A DNA stretch of 64,000 nucleotides from Veleropilina oligotropha. Taxonomy: Eukaryota. Where the stretch lies: contig JBEUKZ010000011.1 in assembly GCA_048128005.1 (NCBI GenBank), positions 62,001 to 126,000 on the forward strand, read 5' to 3'. Shown here one piece after another: positions 14,701 through 28,965 of the stretch (positions are counted from its first letter, which is position 1; each line of letters opens with the position of its first letter). The translations under genes and the position numbers were made by a program. Below the pieces are notes generated by a model. It saw only the letters and a program-made list of their open reading frames with translations. It searched no databases and was not told the origin of the DNA.

Positions 14701-15348
14701 CGGTATTTTCCTCCTCGGTCGCGCCGTCTATACGAAGAATTGGCTAAATGATTTGGATTGGTGGATTTAATGAAAACGTAATGCTAACGTCCCAAAATAG
14801 CGACCGTCTTCTGTTTACATTGTGAAAGTTAAAAACCGTCCGTTTTGTGTTCCAAAGTAGCTTTTCGGTGTTAAGGTAACAAAATTGGGGCAGCATGTGA
14901 TGAAATTTGGTATAAAGGAACTTATACCGATGCAAGTGATAAACTGTAGTTACTTAATTGAAATTAAGTATTTTTTTCCACAGGACGTGATTTTCACCTT
15001 TAGATTATTCTGTGGTGAGAAATTTTAGTTCAGCCGTTGGAGACTGATTAGGAACTATAGCAGGCTCTAACGTTGTTGGAGTAGGACTTTGTGAGATTCT
15101 GACGAGTAGGCCCTATAATAATCTGTAATTCCAGTAGTTGGTCATTACCTTTGTGATTCATATTTCGTCAGTAATTTACTCCCGCTAAGGTGATAATTAC
15201 TGCACTTGCAATATATTATTTATTTTTTTCTGCAAACATACATACTAGCCCGCGGGCTATCTCGATATATAAATACGCTAGCCCGACTCCATAATTTGCA
15301 TTTATTTACTAGCCCCGGGCGTCGGGCTACTGGATTTGTCCAGCCCTG
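11793..15348. mobile_element. Non-autonomous hAT-like element with 5-bp TSD
   Basis: 16-bp TIR CAGGGCTGGACAAATC / GATTTGTCCAGCCCTG. ATGTC duplicated at 11788-11792 and 15349-15353. Subterminal actagccc repeats at both ends. No transposase ORF. Confidence 0.88.
14432..15081. mobile_element. Tc1/mariner-like MITE nested in the hAT-like element
   Basis: Imperfect TIRs ctcctataacatatgag / ctctaacgttgttggag, flanked by TA on both sides. The same ends occur as a 64-bp internally deleted version at 2814-2877 and 26569-26632. Confidence 0.55.
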
Positions 15349-17956
15349 ATGTCAGAAGAACGTCCCAGACCACATGAAAACATTAGAAATACTTCCTACC
15401 CACAGCATAACATATTTATAATGTATGTCAAAGTACGACATTTTTAAAATATATGGATGGTGCATAGGTTTTGCCTAAGTGTTTACATCGAGAATACATC
15501 ATAACGTCTACTACCGCAGAACATGTTCAAAAACAGAAAAATCAAGCATAATCAGAATGCCAAGTCGAAATACGATTCATGGTTTCTCAAACAACTTGAG
15601 TATAGCAGTGTTAATATCATGCTTCACAAAACGTAACAAAGAATAACAAATGGCTTCGCACTTTCCAGACTTCACTAAATGTAGTGCATGTTCAGGTATA
15701 TTCTGGATGTTAGTTGAACAGCAAATCATCCTAGGTTATTCTACTTCAGAACATATTGTTCTACACACAATCTGTATTCGACGTAACTATGCAACAGTGT
15801 ATCCATGCAAGCACTCTTTGTTTATCATCATAGCTACCCACCAAATCAGGCATTGATGTTAACTGGATCAAGATTTCATTTAATTGCACTTGTACTGTTA
15901 CCAAACCTAACAAATGAAACAGATCCCATATACCTTTGACATCTTAAAAGTTTGAAAATTAATAATTTGTATTTAGACAAGGATGAATAGACACACAAGC
16001 ATTGCCCATAATGTTCACGAAAGCTGCAAATTTAAAATATTCAAATAGCAAAACTTAACTGTTTTCAAATTTTAAAAATAACCAGTTGGGTAGTTAGGAT
16101 TCTAGTACATGTTAATACATAGATTCAAACAATTTATGGCATCCAAGAGCACATAACTCGGGCTTACCATTTGTAAATTTCGATCCATTTAATTCTGAAA
16201 TACAATTCCATTGCCATGGTCAATGCAAGACTAGAAGACACAATTACTGTATTCATAACAGGCAGAAGATAAAAAATATATAATATAACATTTACAATAT
16301 ACACGTATTCAATATTCACACATATGGACTTGTGCGCCATGCATGTTCAGGAAACATAAACTGTCAAAGTACATGTTATGATATAACTAACAATAGGCAT
16401 TGGCTTTGAGATAGAGATTTATTGGCATGACTTCTTGCAACATTCATAAATAAATTTTAATGACATCTACATTGTCCAGTCCTGAAAATATTAAATTCAC
16501 ACCATTTCATAATACTTGGGCTACAACCATTGTTGGTGAGGTGTAAATGGATATACAGATGAGAACCAGCACAATAGAATTGACATACAGTCACATACTA
16601 TCTACATCAACCAAAAACTTGCAAAAACAAGCTCTTTCAATCACACATTTTTGTTTAAAATATACTTTCATAACAAACATATTTACATCAATTTTAAAAG
16701 ACACAACTTCAACTAAAACCAGCAAAAGTGAAAAACTTATAATTAAATGAGACCACTCCCAGATTCTATAACCTGCCCCAGCCAATGATGACGGTCCAAT
16801 AGGCTCCGCTTTCATTTGATTGCTGCCATACTTAGCTGAATGTCCTCGATGGCTTAACTGGTATTGTGTCTTGATGGCTTAACTGGTATTGTGTCTTTGA
16901 TGGCTTAACTGGTATTGTGTCCTTGATGGTAGAGAGTCGGACAATGATAAGTGGGATGGTAAGACGCGAGTTCACATATTGTGGCTGGCATGACCTAATA
17001 TAACACTAATAACTCTGTATATATGCCTTAAAAAACAACATTGAAATTCAACTAAAATATTATACGTTTGAAAAATTGTTAAAATGCAGGCCTAACATAT
17101 TTCCAAATGCAATTCTTGGATATTCTTCTATGTTACAGGAATTGACAGATGATCAGCCCTGCAAATAATGGCTGGTGCTCACAGTGAGGTGTTCATGGTG
17201 TTCAGCGTGATCGTGCTTATATGCAGCCGTGATGTGGTGTGCATGTGTACCAGGATGCGCGTGCTAAACACCACCACAGAGCAGTGTTCATAATTGCCAG
17301 GGCCAGAATGTTATACAGCCTTGATGCAACACAGGCAAGATTGTGCAGTTCATAAAAAGCGTTGATTTCAAGTCAGTCTGCAGGGCGGGGAGAGGAGGAA
17401 ATAAGACCCCCTTTACCTGCATGTCATGCAGAAATCTCCTCAGTACTAGATTGAGAAAATATATCTAGTGCACAAAATTATCTAAGTAAAAATAAAGTAT
17501 CTCCTTTTGCATACAAAAATATTTTCAAACATGATTGTCCTTCAATGTTAACCGGTTCTGCATTACTGGCATAGATTACAAAATGTTAATTTTAATGAAA
17601 AGTGTTACTTTCCGTGCTGTTTTGTCATCATATCAATAACTTGGCTAAACAATGACGGATGTGTTGACAATGATCATTGGCTCAAATCTTTTCTAAATTC
17701 TCCCTTGTATTTGTATTTATGCCAGTTAGGCATAGTTTATCATATCATACTTTAGTAATCTACAACTGGGTTTTGCAGACATTTGTATATGACCACAGAC
17801 TGTGTTGCTGTCTTCTATGTAGAGGGTCAGTGATGGTAGAGCGCCATTGTTTACTGCCATTTCCCATCCAATGACAGCACATACTTCTGTCAATTAGAAC
17901 ATATCCTGTAACATAAATACAGATATATTAATATATGGCATGGTTAAACAAATTAC

Positions 17957-18466
17957 CAAACACTAGCTCTAGGGTGCTGAAGAAGCTAACATTGAAATGC
18001 TATATCCATATTTCACCGTTATTCCCAAACACTAGGGTGCTGAAGAGGCTAACATTGAAATGCTATATCCATATTGCACCGTTATTCCCAAACACTAGGG
18101 TGCTGAAGAGGCTAACATTGAAATGCTATATCCATATTGCACCATTATTCCCAAACACTAGGGTGCTGAAGAGGCTAACATTGAAATGCTATATCCATAT
18201 TGCACCATTATTCCCAAACACTAGGGTGCTGAAAAGGCTAACATTGAAATGCTATATCCATATTGCACCGTTATTCCCAAACACTAGGGTGCTGAAGAGG
18301 CTAACAATGAAATGCTATATCCATAGTGCACCGTTATTCCCAAACACTAGGGTGCTGAAGAGGCTAACATTGAAATGCTATATCCAAATTGCACCGTTAT
18401 TACCAAACACTAGGGTGCTGAAGAGGCTAACATTGAAATGCTACATCCATATTTCACCGTTATTCG
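17957..18466. repeat. 63-bp minisatellite
   Basis: Unit caaacactagggtgctgaagaggctaacattgaaatgctatatccatattgcaccgttattcc, 8 copies. Confidence 0.95.
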
Positions 18467-20039
18467 CAATCATGCAGGACTGCTTTGCCTGAAGTAAAAT
18501 AAAATATAACCAAAATAATTAATACATATAAAGTGTACTTTTTATGTTATTTGATTTTGAAGCAGCTGGATCAAGCTCTTGTTTTCACAATCATGTCATT
18601 CATTTGGGAATTATGAATATGGAACAACGATCTGGAACTGAATTTAGCATGCTGTAGTTTACGTGGATCATCTAGTTTGTTAGTAATTCTAAATTGGATC
18701 AACAATATTCAGAACACTGTTCTGGATTGTCAAAGTCTCTAATTTATAAAGTAACAGAAGTGTGAAGAATATTTTGCCCTTACACATACATACCTTTCAT
18801 GGAATCCACGTCCTTCTTTATCCACTCGATTGCATTTCGGACCAAATAAAGTACCAGATTCAGATCACTGCTATAGTCTTGAAAAACGGCTCGTGCAGAG
18901 TTATTTTTTCCAATAACAAGGGTAATATACTTTTAATCTTTCCTGAACATTTGTAAACGTTCAGTAAATTAGGGAAACGCATTCAAAATATTAACAAAAC
19001 TTTACTTTGAGCATCAATGCATGATCTGTGTGCAAGCGGAAGACAAGAACGGAAGACAAGAACGGAAGACAAGAACAAAACATGGTCCAAGATTGGCTGC
19101 AGTCAGTATTTGTGCCAGTGATTCTATATCTGAAGTTCATGCATCGTTTCACCTTTAATATATCAGAAATCATTCGTTTCTAGGTAAACCTAAGCTAATC
19201 TGTTGCTATCACTATCGCATAACAAATTTAATTTCCTTCAAGTTTGAGAAAGGCCAATCCAATTATGCTAAAATAAATACAATTTTGGGGGAACATCTGT
19301 ACCTGGTGAAAGCTTTATTTTCTGTGAAGATACGTCCCTGGACACCCACAGAAAGAATTTGCTAAGCATAATGATCTGGAATTTGTGAGTTCATTGTCCC
19401 CCATTAACTTCTATGATCTTATTGAGACATGTCCATATTATCGTGGAGGAAAAGTTGGGTATTATCCAGTGAAACCCTACACCCCTGCCAATTGTGTACA
19501 ATGCTCAGTCAGTAAGAGTGAGTTGAGAGCATTGTTTTTACAATTTGGGCTCCGGTATTATTACATAAAGAAAATAGGATCTAAGGCCAACATCAACTGA
19601 ACAGTCTGATGCAATATTGGATTTGGGTGACATCACATTCATGAGTAATAAATTAATGACAAATTATTGAAGTTATATGAATGTAAAAAAGATACGGATA
19701 TCTTATAATAAGAACAATATTTACTTGATATTGCCTATCAAAAGTAGTGCAATATCAATGTATATGCTGTATATATATATCATATATATCCAAATATGAT
19801 CCTTAACAAGTTTTAGCTGGAAAAAAACAACAAAAGATAATAACATAAAAGTTCACCAATATCGCTGCCAGCACATGCCATATTCTCGACACTACACCAC
19901 ATTGACACCCACACCAACACGAGGTATGACTGCGAGCATCACAGCCAAAATGTCAGTTACTTTAGACAAGGAATGGAAAATAATATGAAACAATCGCAAA
20001 ACAATTTAATAGCTGAGAACATAAATAAAGAATTCTTAC

Positions 20040-20232
20040 CATCTTTTGTCTTGAAGAATTTTTTTCGGCCATCGGATGATCCCTTGAGATTCTGCGCGAT
20101 GACCTCCACCTGGTACGACGTGTTTGGGCGCAGACCGGTGAGCATGAAGCGCGTTGCGGAAGGACCGGCTGTTTCCGTTTTCCATTCCCCCTCTGGGTTC
20201 TTCAACTCAGTGTTGTTATTTTGCAAAGATAC
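20040..20232 (-). CDS. CAM exon i (C-terminal half of FN3 domain 2)
   Basis: ccaatag acceptor and G|gtaaga donor. Encodes VSLQNNNTELKNPEGEWKTETAGPSATRFMLTGLRPNTSYQVEVIAQNLKGSSDGRKKFFKTKD. Phase 0 to 1. Confidence 0.9.
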
Positions 20233-20333
20233 CTATTGGCAAACCAACATAAAAATGCATGAATGAACGAATGATTTTAGTAAACGTTTACTTTCCCAAA
20301 CAGACAATTCTAGAAGTCTGAATTCCATGATAT

Positions 20334-22756
20334 AAACAAGAGCCATCAGAAGACACATCCCCCCTGGTGGCACATTATTTTTAACACTACATCCCTGCTT
20401 TTAAGTTGAAGCAAGAAGACCGAGCCATCAATATCCCCCGCAATGTTAAATTCATAATTACTATATGCTGTATGTTCTGGAAACTACAATAGCATAAGTG
20501 TAATATCGTTGCTTTAAAAAATAACAAGGGAAATAACTCTGTCAATAATCACAGGACACATCAAAATTGGTGGGATGGCACAAGTTATCTAACTAACGAA
20601 TACAAGCACTAAGATTAAACAAGAGCTAAAGCTCGAAATGGCTCGCATGTGTGGAACTGCGCATCAATCACTTATATTTCATGAGTATTAATATTGTGTC
20701 TACATTCAACAGTAGATGACATTGTCAATTTCAAATAGACATATATAGCATATAAAAATTTGTATGCAAAGTCCAAAATGGCTATTTATATATATATTTA
20801 AAATTTCAATTAAATTGCTTTCAATATTTCTACTCTAGGGTTAGATGACAATGAAATAGTGATATCTGACAAAGGAAGATGCCAAAGTATGCCTATTGTT
20901 GCATATATAGCATGCTTGAGAAAAAGCAGTATTTTATGGTAAAATTTGAATATGACCAGAAGCGATCATATGCCCCACAAAAGCACTTGACCCAGGAACA
21001 GGTTGTCGCAGTGACCTAATTTTGGTACCCGACACATCTTTGGGATATGAAGCATGCACACATCAAGTGTCGGGTCCCTAGGTCAAATAGCATGGGAGAT
21101 ATGGAGCGGAACGGAAATTTGGACCGAATGCGGTCAAGGGTGGAAAGTAGGTCACAGTGACCTACTTTTGGTATGCGACACCTTTGGGTTATGATGCATC
21201 CACACTACAAGTTTCGTGTCCCTAGGTCAAATAGCATGGGAGATATGAAGTGGAAAGGAATTTTGGACCAAACGCATGTAAGCATGAAAAGTTGGTCGTG
21301 GTGACCTTTTTGTATGTGACACCTTTGGGTTAAGGTGCATGCACACATCATGTTTTGTGTCCCTCGGTCAAATAGTATGCGAGATATGGAGCGGAAAGGA
21401 ATTTTGGATCTAATTCAGTAAAGCGTAGAAAGTAGGTCACAGATCTACTTTTGGTACGCGACACCTTTGGGTTATGACGCAACCACACATCAAGTTTTGT
21501 GTCCCTAGGTCAAATAGCATGGGAGATATGGAGTGGAAAGGAATTTTGGACCAAACGCATGCAAGCATGAAAAGTAGGTCATGGTGACCTACTTTTTGTA
21601 TGCGACACATTTGGGTTAAGATGCATGCACATATCAAGTTTCGTGTCCTTCGGTCAAATAGTGTGGGAGATATGGAGCGGAAGGGAATTTTGGACCAAGT
21701 GCGATCAAGCACAAAAAGTAGGTCACGGGGACCTATTTTCCGTACGCGACACCTTTGGGTTATGACGCATCCACACATCAAGTTTCGTGTCTCTAGACAA
21801 AATATTATCCTAGATATGGAGCGGAAGAGAATTAGCAATAGACCGACAAACCGACTCCTATATGCAGACGCATTTGCGTTGCATGCGAGCCAAAAAGATA
21901 AGTCAAGTGATTTAAGAGATACGTTCCGGACAAGATATATAACAAGGGCAACAAGCCTGTCATTAATCACTGTGCAACATGAAAATTAGGAATAGGCATG
22001 AGCTAACCAACTACTGAATACACCCACCAAGTTTTGCAAAGATAAGCCAAGCACTTTACGACATATAATCCAGATAACATCTTTTAATGAATTTAAGGCC
22101 AGGGCTTGCAATAACTCTGTTAATATTCGCCGCACAACTTTTGAACGTCGAAATTAGCAAAAGGTATCAGTTAACCAACTATTCAATACAAATTTCATAA
22201 GATATGCCAAGCAGATTATGAGATACGCTCTAAAAGAGAAATCATTAATGAATTTACAACAAGGGCAATAACTCTGTTATTAATCGCCGCACAACGTCAA
22301 AATTAAAAAAGGCATCATTTCACCAACTACTGAATACACCCATCTAATTTCCTAAAGATATGCCATTCTGTTTGAGATACGCACCGGAAAGAGATCATGA
22401 ACAATTTACAACAAGGGCAGTAACTCTGTTATTAATAGCCGCAGTTCACCAACTACTTAATACACCCAGCAACTTTTGTAAAGTTATGTTGAGCGGTGTA
22501 TGAGATACGGTCCGGAAAAGATTACATTAACGAATTTACGACAAGGGTAGTCGCCGCACAACGTCAAAACTGCCAAAAGGCACCAGTTCACCGACTATTT
22601 AATACACCTAGCAAGTTTCGTAAAGTTATGTTGAGCGGTGTAAGTCTAAGAGATATGCTCCGGAAACGATATCGATTACATACAGATGGACGGACGGACG
22701 GACAGACAGACAGACAGGGCGATCGCAAGATCCCCCCATTGGAAACCGGGGGAAAA
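20334..22756. mobile_element. HINE-like element (same family as 1106-2733) containing a second nested HINE
   Basis: aaacaagag start, shared gccatcaatatcccccgcaatg head, internal tandem repeats, (ggac/gaca)n microsatellite, 3' hairpin ccccc...ggggg then AAAA. Confidence 0.7.
20617..21895. mobile_element. Nested HINE-like element with ~142-bp tandem repeats
   Basis: Start aaacaagag...ggctcgcatg is complementary to end catgcgagccaaaa. About 6 diverged units containing ggtcacagtgacc. Confidence 0.7.
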
Positions 22757-22798
22757 ACAACATTTGGAAAATGTCAAGATATTCAGACTATGGCTTAC

Positions 22799-22926
22799 CG
22801 CTCGATAACGAATAGTGTAGTCCATCAGCGCCAAGCCGCCCGTCCGCGGCCTCTTCCAAATTAACTCGTACCTGTCAAAAGACTGGCCATAGAACAGCGA
22901 CTCTATAACCACTTCATAAGGTCTTC
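22799..22926 (-). CDS. CAM exon h (N-terminal half of FN3 domain 2)
   Basis: tttccag acceptor and GCG|gtaagc donor. Encodes (R)RPYEVVIESLFYGQSFDRYELIWKRPRTGGLALMDYTIRYRA. Phase 1 to 0. Confidence 0.88.
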
Positions 22927-23438
22927 CTGGAAATTAAAAAGAAATTCTAATTAGTTAACATTGTTCTTTATTTGCATCAGTAAATGGGCTGTGCTAGATG
23001 TGGACATCTGGTAATCCTGGGTAACCAATGCAGAGGTGCCAACCCATACATTCCACGTCGAAAAATAGTATTTTTGATAATACATGAGCCTAAACAAATT
23101 AAATGTTAAATGCGAGTGTTATGTCTACTTATACTTATAGTACTATTAACTGACAGTGAATTACTATTACTTGTAAATGTGCTATTTGGACCTATCAATA
23201 AATATTCAAACCAAACAAACATTTTTTTTAAATATTAAATGTAGAAATATTTGTGTCGCCATTATCAAATAAGACAATGTATTGATAATAATTAACAAAT
23301 TATTTATTATGGATGCAAATTTTTCATATTTTTGATCATTTATTTACTATATCACTGTGAAGATGGACTGCCTTTATGGAATTCCTTGGACATATCACTA
23401 AGGAATTCGCGTTCCGGACATATTTTCAAAGCCAAATA

Positions 23439-24858
23439 TAACAAGAGATCAAGCGAACTCGATATACGCCCGTATGAAAGGTATTAGTTTGAGAGCAAAA
23501 TATGTGATATGACAAATAGCCTGTGGCAAAGATATAAGAGCTGAATGTTATTTAATATATACTTGGGATGGGCAACTCTGATTTAAACCTTGCAACATTT
23601 CATATATATAGATATATACCAGCAATAAATGAAAACAGTATTCTGTGTTGCAAACAATTTTATTTATGCAAAATATATCTCACTCATTTGTTATCCTAAT
23701 TTGGGATACATCTGAAGTCCTATCAATAGCTGGACATATCCCACGACAATAATTGGCATTGGACATTCGAGCACAGACTTTTTGTTGCTGTATGTTAAAG
23801 AAAACAAGGCATAAAGAAAGTCGACACTTGTGTCAATATCGTCAGTGCTATGGAGAAGGAAATGGACATAAAAATGGAACTCTGTTTCAGGGACTATTTT
23901 TCCATGTCCCAAAGGATAATGGGGCTGGAGAAGAATGCAACAAACAGGAAATCTGTGACCTACGACACCAATTGCAGGGTTCAGGCGCCACTGGGAGTAG
24001 TCTCCCAAATTGTGACGACACCTCAGCGGATACCTTGGACAAACGGACGGACAGATAGACAGACAGGTGATGTCAGACCATAAATTTGGTATGCAACACT
24101 CCGTCTCCACCTGGTGTATACATTCACCAAAAATTATTGCTGTAAGTTCAAAACTATGAAAAATAGCCTGCACAACAAAAAAGACGAACGGATGAACTGA
24201 CGGACAGACAGCGCTATACCACAAATTTGGTGCCTAACACACCATCTTCACCTGGTGTGTACATCCACCAAAAAATATTGATGCAAGTTAAAAACTGTAT
24301 AAGATATAACCCGGACAAAATGTGGATGAACAAAAAAAAAGACAAACGGACGAACAGACGGACTGACAGATGGCGCAATACCATAAATTAGGTACTCTGC
24401 ACACCATCTTCACCTGGTGTATACATCCACCTAAAATTATTGCTGTAAGTTAAAAACTGTATGAGATATATCCCGGACAACAAGTGGATGGACGAAAAAA
24501 AAGACAAACGGACGGACAGATAGACAGACGGGTGATGTCAGACCATAAATTTGGTACGCGACACTCCGTCTCCACCTGGTGTACACATTCACCAAAAATT
24601 ATTGCTGTAAGTTCAAAACTGTACGAGATATAGCCTGGACAACAAAAAAGACAAACGGACGAACAGACGGACTGACAGATGGCGCAATACCATAAATTAG
24701 GTACTCTGCACGCCATCTCCACCTGGTGAATACATCCACCAAAAATTGTAGTTGTAGGTTAAAAACTGTTAGAGATATAGCCCGGACAAGCGGACGGACG
24801 GACGGACGGACAGCGCCATACTATAATACGTTCCGTTTTTAAAAACGGGCGTATAAAA
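23439..24858. mobile_element. HINE-like element
   Basis: aacaagag...tatacgcccg head, internal tandem units, (ggac)n microsatellite, 3' hairpin tacgttccgtttt...aaaacgggcgtataaaaa. Confidence 0.75.
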
Positions 24859-27292
24859 AGCAGTTGCTAGAAACATACAGATCTTACACTACCAAGTTAT
24901 CAACAGCCTATTGGTTACATTATAGGTTACATATCTCTAGTTACTTTTCTACATTTTCCACAAATTAACTATGAATATAGACTCTACGACACGCACACAC
25001 TCGTGCACACAGGCACCCACTCAATTTAGGTCCAAACACTTTAATAAATAAGTTGTAAAACATGAAACTTTTCCCTAGGGTGATCATGTTTATAAGCTCG
25101 CAAGGGTTTCTTTGATCTAATAACATACTAATAACATATTTAAAGGTTTTACGTTATACACACTTAAATCATTAAATTGCATTTGTGATATCGATGTTTG
25201 TTTTGTTTTTGTTTTGTTTTTAATTAATAACTGCAATTATTGTATTAAAGTTTTACAATTTTATATTCAATGTTATTCATAAAGCTAACATTATTACTTC
25301 AAATTACTAGGTTCTATTTTCACTTTGCTTCATGACTTCATAATATACCAATATATAGCATATAACGTATTACTATGTGACCAATACTATTTACTTTACT
25401 TTATATCATATAATTTTTGTACATTATACTGTCTATGGTGAAATAAATTCATTCATTCAAGAAGTATTCATAAAATTAATTCCCCTACAGTTACCATTTT
25501 TCACTGTTTTCGAACTAGGACCATTTTTCACTGTTTTCGAACTAGGACAAGAATGTCCCTTGTAAGACCATGTGTTTTAACAGGAAGTTCATATTGGCTG
25601 TCATTGGCGTTTTAAATGTATTATAAGATTTAAACTTGATAAATCATGACTACTATGAAAACAAAAGGTGTTTTTTATTAGTTGTTATCATAGTCTATTC
25701 ATTATAATTATACAGAGTCGACAACACTCTGACAGATCACGTGAGATGTGATGACGTGGTCATGTGATTCAGTGATAATTGGTTTTTCGATTCAGGCTGA
25801 CACGCTTTTTTACGCTGCGTGTTAAATTTCAAAAATATACTTTATTTCAACTATTTTACACTTATGCCATATATGATTCATTTCATGAATACCATGGCGT
25901 TTTGCTTGCATAATTTGATATGCGTACGACAAATGATTCCTGCGATGTAGCTTGAATATTTATATCGACGCGAGAAATTTGGTTATGGAGGCAATATGGC
26001 CGATTTCACGGATCCATTCACTATAAGTTGTCTACCGAGGACAGCAACGCTAATCATATATATGAGCCTCATCTGTTGTGACAGCGAGTTTATATTGACA
26101 TCATCGCCCAAAAGATTAACCAACACCAACAGGTTTTCGGTTGCGAAGCCCCGCAGGCGATTATTCAAATGGAAACAAATTTCGACCCTTTCCTTTTCAA
26201 GGAGTTTACAAGATGGCGGATACCGCAAGTAGGTAAGCTGTGGATATATCCGATTAGGAATGGGTGTTGTTGGTTCGATGGTCGAACGTAACGAAATATC
26301 AATACAATATTGATAGACACGAAACCCACCAGCATTTCCACTTACGCGTTCAGACTTTGAGCGGCCTACTGGATCGTCAACAGTTGAGTTCAAACGACGC
26401 AAGCCGACCATGGTAGATGGGTGTTTCGCACAGAAATAATTCGCCCACAAATTAATGGATGTTTCGTGCCACTATATTATTACACTTTACTACATGCTGA
26501 TGGTTTTATCATATATGAAAAATAAAAGTGGAATATTTTCAAGAAGTTGTTTGTTTGGGTATGTGCTACTCCTATACATATGAGATCGGGTTGACGTGCC
26601 TTAGCAAGTAGCAGCCTCTAACGTTGTTGGAGTAGGAATAAGAGTTGAATTGATGCTACTCAGTCTCATCAAACATAATAAGTTACTTTTATACCGCCTC
26701 ACATGAAGTTGCAAGCGGATTGACACATTTCATATCAACGAGAGCGTCTTTTGTGGGCGTCGTCTGTCGTTGACAGCGATACATATTATACAGGCAATGT
26801 CACCCGAACTATTAACCACCGTCTTTTCGGAATTGTCATGCCCCGCAGGAGATTATTGGAAATTTTAATATTCAAGATATTATAGAGATATTTGAAGTAT
26901 GATGGCAATTTTAGGGCCCAAGACGGGTGGGTAATCTGTTTAGATTATTAAATCTAAACATCTTTTTCTATGTAGATTGTCATCTTTTTAAATGAACACT
27001 TTGGGAGCATTTATTCAAACAATGAACCAGACTTTTTGCTTTTCATATTGTAGATGTATAGATGTTACAAATTACTCATAGCTTGATTGGCAAGATGTGC
27101 CTGGTAGAGGAAGCGAACTAACAACTAGAACGTCAGAGCCTGGGGTTAGAGTCCCTTAACAGGAATAGAAATATTTTAAATGTCCATTACTCTGGCAATA
27201 TTCTATATTTGTGGTCCTTTTTAATTTTAGAGTTTTTGTATGCCATATCAATCAACCAACTGAATTCATTTGTTGCTCAAATGGAGTACAGG

Positions 27293-28965
27293 TGTACCAG
27301 GAATTCCTCCCCCCTGGAAATCCTCCCCCCGGGGGGAGAAATTCCTAGGAAATCCTCCCCCCCGGTGGAGAAATTACTAGGATTTCCTAGGAATTTCTCC
27401 CCCCCACCTAGGAAAAACTCCCCCCACACTGTATTTAACAAGAAATGGATATTTTATGTTCTATTTAATTTAATATTCAAGCACCAAAACATAAACTCAC
27501 AGTTTGTTCATCAAGTTTAACAACCCTTTGCTTCATTGACTTAAAGTTAAGTCTTGTAACCAGTAATCTTGTAGACTATATTAATTTAAAGAAGATACAT
27601 AATAATTATTATAATCTAGATGTTGCCTGTTCACATTATTTCTTTCAGATCTGAAAACAATTTGTTTAGTAGTTTTCATGCATAAAAGGTGTAAATTACT
27701 GATCTGAAGTATCCCTAGAGCCTTTGTTCTTTTCTTAAATCTACTAGTGTTGAAACAAGAGTCAAAGTGCTGAATGTGGGTATGTAAGCTGTCCTTACAT
27801 TTTTATAGTTTTTCCAAATATGGTGAGAAATTCGGTTAAATTGAAGACCATGTTCAATTAGCTCAAATTTACAATAATGACAGAAGGTTATTGAACATTT
27901 TGCTGAAAGTCGTAGTGCTAATAATCTGCACTTGCGCTAATTATATTGGAAAATTTATATTGTCTGCTATCATTTTGCCTTTTGCATTATTAATTCATAG
28001 TAATGTTATATATTTATAATAGTTATGTATATTGGTAAATAAACATTGATTTTAAGACTGCCTTTTGTCATAACATGTAAACAAGCATGAAAACAGCATT
28101 GTCAATATAAGTCTGTAAATGATATTCATGACATTGTGAGGGTTATTGTTGCTCGTCAGATGTCAGATTATATAACACTTTATATCTGAATCATTGCCAA
28201 CTTATATTCCTACTAGTAGATACTAATCTGCAAAAGAAAACATTACACAGCTGTTGGACAACTGTGGCTGTTAACTGCAGTAAATGCCCAGCCGAGGATT
28301 TGAACCCACTGCTACGAGATGGAGCAGTCGACCACCAGACGACTATAAGTCTAGTACTTAGATAATTGTAAATTGCCCTTAATGCCATTTTGCATATAAA
28401 ACAAGACAATCACAGATAGCATACCCTTGCCCCGCCAAGTTCATATTTCACCACCCCCCCCCCCCCCCCCAGGTGGCAGGCATCTTGCTTAATGTAGATA
28501 CTAGATAATTCATCATGTCATTGTGTCCAGTGAGCTAAAGCATATTTTAAGATTGAACGACTAAGCGTTTTAAGTCAAATCCATATCCGGATTCCAATCC
28601 GGAAGATCATTGAGGACGACCGAGCCACGGGTTCATCTATCTTGTATATAAAATTTAAGCGAATCAGAAAAATAAATTTTGAGACATGTTCCCTGACAGA
28701 CATACAAACATACATACATATGGAGCCAATTACCATACCCTCGCTTTCCTCCGGAGGTCAGGGTAAATATAACTCTAATTTCAGTAATTCACACAGTGGG
28801 GTGGAGCATTTCTTGGTAATTATATATTCTCTGGGGGGGCAGTATTTCCTAGGAAAATCTCCCCCCCCCCCGGGGGGAGGATTTCCTGATGGGGGGGAGG
28901 ATTTCCTAGGATTTTCTCCCCCCCCGGGGGGGAGAATTTTCAGGGGGGGAGGATTTCCTTTTACA
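27293..28965. mobile_element. Non-autonomous Ginger1-like element nested in DIRS copy B
   Basis: TGTA...TACA termini with about 130-bp imperfect C-rich/G-rich TIRs. Flanked by cagg and ccgg. The empty site in copy A reads ggagta-ctgg-tgctaa (about 3504-3519). Confidence 0.7.

Noticed and set aside
17760..17905. CAM exon after the acceptor-like tgttacag at 17906
   Set aside because: The phase-1 translation (GYVLIDRSMCCHWMG...KTQL*) has no anchor or recognisable similarity.
17935..18492. 185-aa ORF of 21-aa repeats
   Set aside because: It is the 63-bp minisatellite, antisense to the CAM gene, with no recognisable domain or splice context.
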